A program made the position numbers and the translations under genes. Below are positions 47,939 to 57,446 of a stretch of DNA of 64,000 nt, in pieces. The stretch covers positions 333,020 to 397,019 of the forward strand of contig JAVYPJ010000001.1 of the NCBI GenBank assembly GCA_038733315.1. Reading direction: 5' to 3'. The notes under the pieces were generated by a model. The model was not told where the DNA came from, did not search any database, and saw only the letters and a program-made list of their open reading frames with translations. Within the stretch, counting starts at the first letter, position 1. Each line of letters starts with the position of its first letter. The DNA comes from Candidatus Aenigmatarchaeota archaeon. GTDB taxonomy: Archaea; Aenigmatarchaeota; Aenigmatarchaeia; CG10238-14; SpSt-28.

Positions 47939-49060
47939 ATGAGGTTTAAAGAAATTCCAAAAGAGCTTTTGAAAAGAGTTTATAAATGGAAAGTTTTAAT
48001 AGAAAGTAAAAATGAATTTTTTGGAAGTTCTCCGCCAAGTATTTTCGTATCTTCTGTGAATTATCCAAAAGTTAATATTGGTGCACTCTCTTTACCAATA
48101 ATAGATGAGAATAGCTATTATTTAGATTCTCCAGAGCTTTGGTATAAAGATGGTTTAGGTTTTGAGGAGATTATTGATTTAAGGTCTAGATTAATATACT
48201 CTTTTCAAAACGTTAACATCAAAAGAAAATTTAATTTTATTGAGAAAATTCAAGAATTGGCTTTAGCTAAGAATGTTGTAGATTTAGAGGTTAAACTAAA
48301 GAATAAACCGAAATTTAAGTTTTTGTTCGATAGGTTTATTTCTCCTATAGGTAATCCTGCAAAAATGGAAAATTTAAAAATTCAAAGTAATGTTAAGATT
48401 GAAAATTTTGTTGAAAGAATTATTAACGATGAAATAAAAGCTTATGATGCAGTTTTTTTACTTTATGAAAAGAATTTAGAAGTTTCGAGAATTCAAAAAA
48501 TTTTTTCTGCTGGGTTATTGGGAATAGAGAAAAAGATTATTCCAACAAGATGGAGTATTACAGCTATAGATAGTATTATTAGCGATAAATTGATAAAGAG
48601 AATCAGAGAGTATAAAATCTTAGATAAATTTCGGGTTTTTTATAATGAATATTTAGGGAACAAGTTTTGGATAGTTTTGTTGCCATACGTTTTTGGTTTT
48701 GAAATGGTAGAATTCATTGGAAATAAAATTTATCAAGATTATGAAATATTTTTTGAAAGAAAAAAGTATGCTGAAAATGTTGCAGGTGGTTATTATGCAG
48801 CTAGATTAGCATGCTGTGAATATTTAGAAAAAATAAGGAGACAAGCTGCTATTATAGTTTTTAGAAAGGTAGAAAAACTTTTTACAATTCCTTTGGGTGT
48901 GTGGAAAGTTAGAGAGTGTGTAAGAGGCGCTTTTAATAATAAATCAATAGAATTTAATTCTCAAGAGGAATTAGAGAAATATTTAATCGAAAATAATTTA
49001 GATATAAGCCTTAGCAAAATTTTAAAAATTTATAAAACTCAGAAAACCCTTATAATATAA
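47939..49060 (+). CDS. nreA: Nre-family DNA repair protein (DUF650/DUF651)
   Basis: GSSPPSIFV...YPKV, PTRWSITAID, GGYYAARL, PLGVW.VRE, C-terminal PIP-like QKTL. Confidence 0.92.
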   Translation: MRFKEIPKELLKRVYKWKVLIESKNEFFGSSPPSIFVSSVNYPKVNIGALSLPIIDENSYYLDSPELWYKDGLGFEEIIDLRSRLIYSFQNVNIKRKFNFIEKIQELALAKNVVDLEVKLKNKPKFKFLFDRFISPIGNPAKMENLKIQSNVKIENFVERIINDEIKAYDAVFLLYEKNLEVSRIQKIFSAGLLGIEKKIIPTRWSITAIDSIISDKLIKRIREYKILDKFRVFYNEYLGNKFWIVLLPYVFGFEMVEFIGNKIYQDYEIFFERKKYAENVAGGYYAARLACCEYLEKIRRQAAIIVFRKVEKLFTIPLGVWKVRECVRGAFNNKSIEFNSQEELEKYLIENNLDISLSKILKIYKTQKTLII

Positions 49061-49086
49061 TAAGAATTTTTGCAGTTTAGAAATTG

Positions 49087-49118
49087 TACTGCACAAATTT
49101 ATTAATTTTTGTGCAGTA
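49087..49118 (+). promoter_or_regulatory. Inverted repeat flanking a TATA-like box at the array start
   Basis: TACTGCACAAA-TTTATTAATT-TTTGTGCAGTA, perfect 11-bp arms. Confidence 0.7.
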
Positions 49119-49174
49119 TGATTTTTATGATAAAAAATAAATTGGAAAAATTTTTAATTAACTAAATAATTTAT

Positions 49175-50470
49175 ATGGAAAACTATAAAGATAAGTTAAT
49201 AGAATCTATAGAGGAGTTCTGGAGAAAAGAATTACCAATTTTGAAAGAAAGGGAAGTAAAGATAGATTTGGAAACAGAGCTTATTAACGATATAATAGGT
49301 GTTAGAAGGGCTGGAAAAACATCGGCAATGTTATTAACTATAAGTAAATTAGGAAAAGAAAGATGTATTTACTTAAATTTTGAAAATAGGAAGCTATTTC
49401 CTTTAACTAATAAGTACTTTGATGCTATAGTCGAGTTTATCTATGGTAGAGAATTACTTAAAAAATTTGGAAAAATTTACTTATTTCTAGATGAAGTTCA
49501 AAGGATAAACGAGTGGGAAAGATATGTAAGAAGTATTTATGATGAGTTTAAGGGTAAAATAAAAATATTCATTTCTGGATCAACTTCTAAATTATCAGCT
49601 TCAGAACTTTCAACTTTGCTAAGTGGGAGACATATTACTACTTATGTATTTCCGTTGAGTTTTAGGGAATTCTTAGGCTTTAAGGAGTTTAAGATTCCAA
49701 GTTTCTATATAGAGGAAGATAGGGCAAGAGTGTTAAGATTCTTAAAGGAATATATTGAATTTGGTGGTTTTCCAGAGGTGGTTTTAAGTGATAAAAAAGA
49801 AGAAATTCTTCAAACCCTAATGCTTGATATTATAAATAGAGATGTATTGCCAAGAGTTGTTAAAAGAGGAGAAATAGTTGAAGATTTTGTATATTTCTTA
49901 TGTAGTAACAGCGGAAAACTTTTAAGTTTCAACGAGATGGCAAGGTTATTTGCAAAAACATCTGTATTAACTGTTCAAAAAATTTTCAGCTTATTAAAGG
50001 ATGTTTTTCTTTTTTTCGACTTTTCTATATTTTCTTATAGTGTAAAAACTCAGCTTTTATATCCGAAAAAGATAATTTGTGTGGATCAAGGTTTTATAAA
50101 TCAATTTGGCTTTAAGTTTAGCGAAGATTGGGGTAGATTAATGGAGAATTTAGTTGGGATAGAACTTTTAAGAAGATATGGATTAATAGGAAAGACAAGG
50201 GTATTTTACTGGAAAGAATATGGAAAAAGAGATGGTAGCGAAGTAGATTTCGTTATTAAAGAAGGCTTAGAAATTAAGCAATTAATCCAAGTAACTTATG
50301 CTTCTAATAAAGATGAAATTGAAAAAAGAGAAATAAGGGCATTAATTAAAGCTTCAGAGCAATTAAAATGCAAAGACTTATTAATAATTACTTGGGATTA
50401 TGAGGATGAAATAAAAATAAATAGCAAAACAATTAAATGCATGCCTTTATGGAAATGGTTGTTAAAATAG
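49175..50470 (+). CDS. AAA_14/wHTH/DUF4143 ATPase, array copy 1
   Basis: GVRRAGKT, LDEVQ, SGS, GR, GGFPE, MEN, EVDFV. Confidence 0.93.
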   Translation: MENYKDKLIESIEEFWRKELPILKEREVKIDLETELINDIIGVRRAGKTSAMLLTISKLGKERCIYLNFENRKLFPLTNKYFDAIVEFIYGRELLKKFGKIYLFLDEVQRINEWERYVRSIYDEFKGKIKIFISGSTSKLSASELSTLLSGRHITTYVFPLSFREFLGFKEFKIPSFYIEEDRARVLRFLKEYIEFGGFPEVVLSDKKEEILQTLMLDIINRDVLPRVVKRGEIVEDFVYFLCSNSGKLLSFNEMARLFAKTSVLTVQKIFSLLKDVFLFFDFSIFSYSVKTQLLYPKKIICVDQGFINQFGFKFSEDWGRLMENLVGIELLRRYGLIGKTRVFYWKEYGKRDGSEVDFVIKEGLEIKQLIQVTYASNKDEIEKREIRALIKASEQLKCKDLLIITWDYEDEIKINSKTIKCMPLWKWLLK

Positions 50471-50512
50471 GGTTTTAAAAACTTTATTTATAAAAGTTTT
50501 TATTTAAATAAA

Positions 50513-50531
50513 TTTCCTTATTATAGGGAAA
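50513..50531 (+). promoter_or_regulatory. Palindromic operator upstream of copy 2
   Basis: TTTCCTTATTATAGGGAAA, with a further half-site TTTTCCTCATATAG after the TTTTTAAATA box. Confidence 0.65.
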
Positions 50532-50568
50532 ATTTTTAAATATATTTTCCTCATATAGTATACTATTT

Positions 50569-51840
50569 ATGATAAATAGAGAAGCCCTAATAGATTTCTT
50601 AAGAGAGTATGAAGAATTTCAACCGCAGATAATAAAAAGAGAATTAGAAATACCATTAGATACAAATTTTATAATTTCAATAATAGGTCCTAGAAGAGCT
50701 GGAAAAACGTATTATCTTTTTCAAATAAGAAACTTAAAACAAAATAGTTTATATTTAAATTTTGAAGATTCTCGTTTAATCGAGGCGAATTTTAGAGATA
50801 TAAGAGAAATTATAAGGTTGTTTGAAGAAATTTATGGAATTAAGCCACAATATTTACTTTTAGATGAGATAAATAATATTAAGAATTGGGAAATTGTAAT
50901 AAGAGAGATTCATGACCTTAAACTTTATAAAACAATTATTACTGGCTCTTCCTCTAAACTCTTGAGTAAGGAAATTTCAACAAAACTTAGAGGTAGAACT
51001 TTAAGTTATGTTTTATTTCCGTTTAGCTTTAGAGAGTTCTTATGTGCTAAAAGAATTTCTATTGAAAAATTTTTATCTAAGGAAAAAGAGGTTGAAATAA
51101 AAAGAAATTTAAGAGAGTATATTGAATTTGGCGGTTTTCCAGAGGTAATATTAAACGATAAAATTAAAATTAATATAATTAAGCAATATTACGATTTAAT
51201 TTTGTTCAGAGATTTTATAGAAAGGCATGAAATAAGAAATATAGGTTTTTCAAAGTTTTTGCTTAGTTTTATTTTGCAAAACTTTTCAAAAGAGATATCT
51301 GTAAAATCGATATATGATAAGGCCAAATCTTCTAATTTAAAAGTTTCGAAAGATACAGTTTATGATTATTTAGATAAATTGAGCGATACCTTAGTGTTTT
51401 TCTTTCTTGATAGATATTCTGTAAAGGTACATCTTAGAGAATCCTGGCCAAAGAAAATTTATGTTGTTGATAATGGTTTAACAAAGGCTGTAAGGTTTTC
51501 TCAAGATTTTGGAAAGTTAATGGAAAACTGTGTTTTTTTGGAATTAAAGAGAAAACAGAATAAAAATCCTTTACTAGAATTTTATTATCTGAGTAATAAT
51601 GATTACGAAGTAGATTTCGTTATTAAAGAAGGCTTAGAAATTAAACAGCTAATTCAAGTAACTTATGCTTCAAATAAAGATGAAATAGAAAAAAGAGAAA
51701 TAAAAGCTTTACTAAAAGCAAGTGAATTATTAAAATGCAAAGATTTATTAATAATTACTTGGGATTATGAAGATGAAATAAAAATAAATAGCAAAACAAT
51801 TAAATGCATACCTTTGTGGAAATGGCTATTGGAAACTTAA
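50569..51840 (+). CDS. AAA_14/wHTH/DUF4143 ATPase, array copy 2
   Basis: GPRRAGKT, LDEIN, TGSSS, LRGR, GGFPE. Confidence 0.93.
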   Translation: MINREALIDFLREYEEFQPQIIKRELEIPLDTNFIISIIGPRRAGKTYYLFQIRNLKQNSLYLNFEDSRLIEANFRDIREIIRLFEEIYGIKPQYLLLDEINNIKNWEIVIREIHDLKLYKTIITGSSSKLLSKEISTKLRGRTLSYVLFPFSFREFLCAKRISIEKFLSKEKEVEIKRNLREYIEFGGFPEVILNDKIKINIIKQYYDLILFRDFIERHEIRNIGFSKFLLSFILQNFSKEISVKSIYDKAKSSNLKVSKDTVYDYLDKLSDTLVFFFLDRYSVKVHLRESWPKKIYVVDNGLTKAVRFSQDFGKLMENCVFLELKRKQNKNPLLEFYYLSNNDYEVDFVIKEGLEIKQLIQVTYASNKDEIEKREIKALLKASELLKCKDLLIITWDYEDEIKINSKTIKCIPLWKWLLET

Positions 51841-51863
51841 AGTTTTTTGAATATTTCAATAGA

Positions 51864-51883
51864 TTTCCCTATATATAGGGAAA
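51864..51883 (+). promoter_or_regulatory. Palindromic operator upstream of copy 3
   Basis: Perfect 20-bp palindrome TTTCCCTATATATAGGGAAA, plus half-site TTTCCCTATATAT at 51898-51910. Confidence 0.75.
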
Positions 51884-51912
51884 CATTTATTTAAATCTTT
51901 CCCTATATATTT

Positions 51913-53202
51913 ATGGTAGAGAGCTTAAAAAGGTATCTACTAAACAAAAAGGAAGAAATAAAAAATTTGAATGTTAAAAAAAGGTTAATACATCATTCTT
52001 TTTCTATAGAGTTTGTTTCTTGCATAATAGGTCCTAGAAGAGCTGGGAAGACTTATTTTCTATATGACTTAATTCTCAATAAGTTAAATTTGAAAGATTC
52101 TGATTATCTTTTTGTAAATTTTGAGGATGATGAAATCAAAAGAATAGATAGAGAAAAAATTTCTAATATCATTCATTGTCATAACGAAATATATGGAAAA
52201 TATCCACAATATCTATTTTTTGACGAAATTCAAGCACTAGAAAATTGGCAAAGCTTCATTTATTCGTTTTATGAAAAGAAAAAATATTTTATTTTCATTA
52301 CCGGATCTTCTTCAAAATTATCTAGTAGAGAAATTGCAACACAATTAAGAGGGAGAAGTTATTCGTTAAAAGTTCTTCCATTCAGTTTTAAAGAAATTTT
52401 ATCTATTAAAAATTTCGATTTAAACAAAAATATTTTTTCTTCTTATGAGGAATCAGAAATTAAGCATATATTAAAAAATTATTTAGATAGAGGTGGATTT
52501 CCACAGCTATGGATAGAAAAAATTAATGAAAAAATATTTTTTAGAGATTATGTGGATGTTATAATTTTTAAAGATATAGTTGATAGATTTAAAATTAGGA
52601 ACATAACAGCAATAAAAATGTTAATTTCTTCTTGCGTTTCATCTTTTTCAAAGGAGTTTTCGATTAAAAAAATATATAACACTTTAAAGAGCACGGGAAT
52701 TAAAATTAGTAAAAATTCTTTATATTTATATTCTTCTATGTTAAGAGAAGTAATGTTTTGTTTTAACGTTTATAAGTTTAGTTATTCTGAAAGGGAAATT
52801 TTGGGTTCAATTCCAAAGATATATATCTGCGATGTTGGTATTCCAAATTTTTATTTATCCTCAAAAATAGATGAAAATATAGGCAGAATAATGGAAAATG
52901 TTGTTTTCTTAGAGCTATATAGAAATGAAAATATCGATGTTTTCTATTGGAAGGATTATCAGCAAAATGAAGTAGATTTTGTAATAAAAGAAGGCTTAGA
53001 AATTAAGCAATTAATTCAAGTAACTTATGCTTCTAATAAAGATGAAATAGAAAAAAGAGAAATAAAAGCTTTATTAAAGGCAAGTGAATTACTAAAATGC
53101 AAAGATTTATTAATAATTACTTGGGATTATGAAGATGAGTTAAAAGTAAATAGCAAAAAAATTAAATGCATACCTTTATGGAAATGGTTATTAGAAACTT
53201 AA
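51913..53202 (+). CDS. AAA_14/wHTH/DUF4143 ATPase, array copy 3
   Basis: GPRRAGKT, FDEIQ, TGSSS, LRGR, GGFP. Confidence 0.93.
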   Translation: MVESLKRYLLNKKEEIKNLNVKKRLIHHSFSIEFVSCIIGPRRAGKTYFLYDLILNKLNLKDSDYLFVNFEDDEIKRIDREKISNIIHCHNEIYGKYPQYLFFDEIQALENWQSFIYSFYEKKKYFIFITGSSSKLSSREIATQLRGRSYSLKVLPFSFKEILSIKNFDLNKNIFSSYEESEIKHILKNYLDRGGFPQLWIEKINEKIFFRDYVDVIIFKDIVDRFKIRNITAIKMLISSCVSSFSKEFSIKKIYNTLKSTGIKISKNSLYLYSSMLREVMFCFNVYKFSYSEREILGSIPKIYICDVGIPNFYLSSKIDENIGRIMENVVFLELYRNENIDVFYWKDYQQNEVDFVIKEGLEIKQLIQVTYASNKDEIEKREIKALLKASELLKCKDLLIITWDYEDELKVNSKKIKCIPLWKWLLET

Positions 53203-53257
53203 AGTTGTTCTATTAGAGAACAATTTCATATAAAAATCGTTTTGATATAGTACAATT
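53203..53257 (+). repeat. Exact 55-bp copy of the copy-7 upstream region (57392-57446), here without a gene
   Basis: AGTTGTTCTATTAGAGAACAATTTCATATAAAAATCGTTTTGATATAGTACAATT is identical at both loci. Confidence 0.95.
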
Positions 53258-53269
53258 TTTGTTGGGTTT

Positions 53270-53298
53270 ATCGGTCAAAATTTAAATATTTGACCGAT
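53270..53298 (+). promoter_or_regulatory. Orphan palindromic operator around a TATA-like box
   Basis: ATCGGTCAAA-ATTTAAATA-TTTGACCGAT, perfect 10-bp arms. Confidence 0.7.
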
Positions 53299-53309
53299 GT
53301 ATATTATTT

Positions 53310-53372
53310 ATGAATGAAGAAAAAAGAGTGATAAATATCTTTAGTAGTTTAATTAAAACTATGAAAAGTTAA
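53310..53372 (+). pseudogene. Probable N-terminal remnant of a deleted cassette (MNEEKRVINIFSSLIKTMKS)
   Basis: ATG at the expected distance from the orphan operator/TATA; stops after 20 codons. Confidence 0.45.
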
Positions 53373-53412
53373 GTGAACAAAAAATTTAAATTTTATTCAG
53401 TATACTTAATTT

Positions 53413-54663
53413 ATGAGGGAAATATTAGAGAGACAAAAGGTTGAGGTTAAAGAAATTCTATCAAAGGAAATTATTCCGAGGGAAAATATTAAAAATATAG
53501 AAGAGTATATAGATAAACCTCTGATAAAAGTCATTACGGGCATAAGGAGAAGCGGAAAATCGTTACTAGCATTACTGCTTTTGAAAGATAAAAATTATGG
53601 ATATGCGAATTTTGATGAAAAGGAGTTAACGACAATAAGATTAGATGATCTTTTAAACTATTTAAAAGAGGTATTTGGTGATTTTAAATTTTTGCTTCTT
53701 GATGAAATCCAAAATGTTAATGGCTGGGAACTTTGGGTTAACAGCTTGCAAAGAAGAGGTTATAATATTTTAATTACTGGCTCGAATGCAAAGTTGCTAA
53801 GTAAAGAATTGGCTACGCATCTAACTGGAAGATATATGGAATTTGAAAATTTTCCGTTTAGCTTTAGAGAGTTTTTAATATTTAAAAAATTTGACACTAA
53901 TAATTTACTTTTTTTAAAGGAAAAGCAAGGATTGGTAAAAAAATTACTAATGGAATACTTAGAAAAAGGTGGTTTTCCAGAATATTTAGTTTATAATCTA
54001 GATAAAAATTATTTGGAAACTCTTTTTCAATCTATAATTTATAAAGATGTTGTTAAAAGATGGAATATAAAATATCCTAGAAAAATAGACGATTTGGCAA
54101 GATATATTATTTCGAACTATTCTTCAAGATATACCTTTACTAAATTAAAAAATTCTTTAGATTTTAGAAGCGTTCTTACAGTTGAAAATTACATAAAATA
54201 TTTAGAGGAGGCTTATCTTATATTTTCGCTTGAGAGATTTTCCTTTAAGGTTAAAGAAATGAAAAAATCGCCAAAAAAAGCTTATTGTATTGATACAGGC
54301 ATGATAAATGCTATTTCTGTTAAATTTTCAAAAGATATTGGAAGATTAATGGAAAATCTTGTATTTTTGGAGCTTAAAAGAAAGGGGTTAAAGGAAAATC
54401 TCTCAATATTTTACGGTCAGTTTAATAATAGCGAAGTAGATTTTGTAATTAAAGAAGGGTTAGAAATTAAGCAATTAATTCAAGTAACTTATGCTTCAAA
54501 TAAAGATGAAATTGAAAAAGGAGAAATAAGGGCATTAATTAAAGCTTCAGAGCAATTAAACTGCAAAGACTTATTAATAATTACTTGGGATTATGAAGAT
54601 GAGTTAAATTTTGAAAACAAAACAATTAAATGCATACCCTTATGGAAATGGTTGTTATTTTAG
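53413..54663 (+). CDS. AAA_14/wHTH/DUF4143 ATPase, array copy 4
   Basis: GIRRSGKS, LDEIQ, TGSNA, LTGR, GGFPE. Confidence 0.93.
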   Translation: MREILERQKVEVKEILSKEIIPRENIKNIEEYIDKPLIKVITGIRRSGKSLLALLLLKDKNYGYANFDEKELTTIRLDDLLNYLKEVFGDFKFLLLDEIQNVNGWELWVNSLQRRGYNILITGSNAKLLSKELATHLTGRYMEFENFPFSFREFLIFKKFDTNNLLFLKEKQGLVKKLLMEYLEKGGFPEYLVYNLDKNYLETLFQSIIYKDVVKRWNIKYPRKIDDLARYIISNYSSRYTFTKLKNSLDFRSVLTVENYIKYLEEAYLIFSLERFSFKVKEMKKSPKKAYCIDTGMINAISVKFSKDIGRLMENLVFLELKRKGLKENLSIFYGQFNNSEVDFVIKEGLEIKQLIQVTYASNKDEIEKGEIRALIKASEQLNCKDLLIITWDYEDELNFENKTIKCIPLWKWLLF

Positions 54664-54756
54664 CTACATAACTGCAAGCTTTTTAAAAATGTTTGTGATT
54701 ATTAAAGTTTCATATTATGAGTAAACTTTTTAAATAATCTTTCCTAAATATATGAT

Positions 54757-56040
54757 ATGTTTGAGAAAGATTTTGTGCTTCAATATTTTGATAGAATTAT
54801 TGAGAAAATTAAAGTTGAAAGGATTTTTGAAAGAGAGTTAAAAGTAGATTTTCTTAAAAATAAGGCTATAGCAATAATTGGACCAAGAAGAGCTGGAAAA
54901 ACTTATTTTTTACTTAATATTTTAAAAAATAATAAAAATGCTTTATATGTTGATTTGGAACATTCTGCCTTCAAAGAAATTACACATAAAGAATTTTTTG
55001 AAATAATATCGATTTTTGAAGAGTATTTTAAAACTAGAGTTGAAAAAGTGATTATCGATGAAATACAAAATTTAAATAACTGGGAAAGTTTAGTCAGGAG
55101 TTTGCTTGATAGCGGATATTATTTGATGGTTTCAGGTTCTTCTTCAAAATTGTTAAGTAAAGAAGTTTCAACTCAATTAAGGGGAAGAAGCTTAAGTTAT
55201 GTTTTATTGCCTTTAAGTTTTAGAGAATATTTTAAATTTAAAAATATAGAAAGAAAAAAACTTATATCAATTTCTGAAAAAGTGAAGATAATTAAACTTT
55301 TAGAAGAGTTCTTAGAATGGGGTAGTTATCCAGAAATATTGGTTTATCCAGAAAAAAAGGAAAAAATTTTAAAAGAATACTTTGATACAATTTTTCAAAG
55401 AGATTTTATAGAAAGATTTGAAATAGTTCATACTTATATTGCAAAATTACTCTTCGAATTTGCTATTCAAAACTTTTCAAAAGAAATAAGTTTAAACAAA
55501 ATAGCTAATTTTATTTCTTCAAAAATCGGAAGAAATATTAAAAATATTGTTTATGATTATGCAGAAAAATTACCAGAAAGTTTGAGCATATTTTTTGTAG
55601 AAAAATTTAGTAAAAGCATTTATGAAAGAAAATCTCTAGGAAGAAAAATTTATGTTTGTGATTTGGGTTTAGTGTCGATGTTAAGTATGGAAAAAAATAT
55701 AGGAAGAAGAATGGAAAACGCTGTTTTTCTTGAATTATTAAGAAACACTAATTTTAATCCCTTACAAGAAATCTATTATTTCAAAGATTATCAACAAAAC
55801 GAAGTAGATTTCTTAATTAAAGAAGGCTTAGAAATTAAGCAATTAATTCAAGTAACTTATGCTTCAAATAAAGATGAAATTGAGAAAAGAGAAATAAAGG
55901 CTTTGTTAAAAGCAAGTGAATTACTAAAATGCAAAGATTTATTAATAATTACTTGGGATTATGAGGATGAAATAAAAATAAATAACAAAACAATTAAATG
56001 CATTCCATTATGGAAATGGTTGTTAAAAAATATGGAATAA
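54757..56040 (+). CDS. AAA_14/wHTH/DUF4143 ATPase, array copy 5
   Basis: GPRRAGKT, IDEIQ, SGSSS, LRGR, GSYPE. Confidence 0.93.
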   Translation: MFEKDFVLQYFDRIIEKIKVERIFERELKVDFLKNKAIAIIGPRRAGKTYFLLNILKNNKNALYVDLEHSAFKEITHKEFFEIISIFEEYFKTRVEKVIIDEIQNLNNWESLVRSLLDSGYYLMVSGSSSKLLSKEVSTQLRGRSLSYVLLPLSFREYFKFKNIERKKLISISEKVKIIKLLEEFLEWGSYPEILVYPEKKEKILKEYFDTIFQRDFIERFEIVHTYIAKLLFEFAIQNFSKEISLNKIANFISSKIGRNIKNIVYDYAEKLPESLSIFFVEKFSKSIYERKSLGRKIYVCDLGLVSMLSMEKNIGRRMENAVFLELLRNTNFNPLQEIYYFKDYQQNEVDFLIKEGLEIKQLIQVTYASNKDEIEKREIKALLKASELLKCKDLLIITWDYEDEIKINNKTIKCIPLWKWLLKNME

Positions 56041-56095
56041 AAATGTCAATTTTTCACGATAACTTTATTAATTTTTATCGTATATATAAGATAAT

Positions 56096-57391
56096 ATGAA
56101 AGAAGATAAAATAAAAAAACTAATTTATGAATTTTGGGAAAAGGATTTAAAGGAGGTAAGAGAGCGAATAGTAAATCTTAAATTTCTTTCGAAAAATCTT
56201 GTTAATGATATAGTTGGGGTAAGAAGAGCTGGAAAAACATATTTTCTATTTTTCTTAACAAAAAAGCTAGAAAAGGAATTTGGAAGAGAACAGTTTATAT
56301 ATTTAAATTGCGAACATAGAAGTATTTATCCTTTAAAGGTTGAAGAGCTAAATTATTTAGTTAAGTTTTTTCATGAGGAAGATTTATTAAATAAAAAAAT
56401 TTTTCTTTTTTTAGATGAAGTTCAAGCAGTTAAGGGTTGGGAAATTTTCGTTAAAAGTATTTATGATGAATTCGAAAATAAAATAAAAATAATAGTTTCT
56501 GGCTCTGTTAAATCTCTTCTTTCCAAAGATTATGGGAGATTTTTGAGCGGAAGGCATCAAACAATAAAAATATTTCCTTTATCCTTTAAAGAATATCTTA
56601 TTTTTAAAGATATTCAAGCGGAAAGAATTACAGAAGAAAAGGAGGCAAAGATTAGAAAAGCTGCAAAAAATTTTTTGAAATATGGTTCTTTTCCAAAGTA
56701 TGTATTAACAGAGGATTTAACATATCTTGAACAAATTTTTAGCGATATAATTGAAAGAGATATAAAGAGTAGAGTTGAGATTAGGAAAAAAGATGTAATA
56801 GACGAGCTTATAAATCTTTTGTTAGAAAGGGCCGCTTCTAAGATATCTTTTACTAAACTTAAAAACTTACTTCGGTCAAAGGGTTATAGGATAAGTACTG
56901 ATTTAATAATAAGGTATGCCTCGATTTGTGAAGATGTATTTCTTTTTTTCTTTTTACCTATTTATTCTGCAAAATACTCAGAAGTAATAAAGAATCCTAA
57001 AAAGGTTTATGTTGTTGATAACGGTTTTATTAACTTATTTCCATTAAGAATTTCAGAAAATTTTGGTAAACTAATGGAGAATTGCGTATTCTTAGAATTA
57101 ATAAAATCAGGTTTTGATGTAGGGAAGGAAATATCTTATTATAAAGTTAATGATTACGAAGTAGATTTTGTAATTAAAGAAGGTTTAGAAATTAAACAGC
57201 TAATTCAAGTAACATATGCTTCAAATAAAGATGAAATAGAAAAAAGAGAAATAAGGGCATTAATTAAAGCTTCAGAGCAATTAAACTGCAAAGACTTATT
57301 AATAATTACTTGGGATTATGAAGATGAAATAAATTTTGAAAACAAAAAAATTAAATGCATACCTTTATGGAAATGGTTATTGGAAACTTAA
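56096..57391 (+). CDS. AAA_14/wHTH/DUF4143 ATPase, array copy 6
   Basis: GVRRAGKT, LDEVQ, SGS, LSGR, GSFP. Confidence 0.93.
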   Translation: MKEDKIKKLIYEFWEKDLKEVRERIVNLKFLSKNLVNDIVGVRRAGKTYFLFFLTKKLEKEFGREQFIYLNCEHRSIYPLKVEELNYLVKFFHEEDLLNKKIFLFLDEVQAVKGWEIFVKSIYDEFENKIKIIVSGSVKSLLSKDYGRFLSGRHQTIKIFPLSFKEYLIFKDIQAERITEEKEAKIRKAAKNFLKYGSFPKYVLTEDLTYLEQIFSDIIERDIKSRVEIRKKDVIDELINLLLERAASKISFTKLKNLLRSKGYRISTDLIIRYASICEDVFLFFFLPIYSAKYSEVIKNPKKVYVVDNGFINLFPLRISENFGKLMENCVFLELIKSGFDVGKEISYYKVNDYEVDFVIKEGLEIKQLIQVTYASNKDEIEKREIRALIKASEQLNCKDLLIITWDYEDEINFENKKIKCIPLWKWLLET

Positions 57392-57446
57392 AGTTGTTCT
57401 ATTAGAGAACAATTTCATATAAAAATCGTTTTGATATAGTACAATT

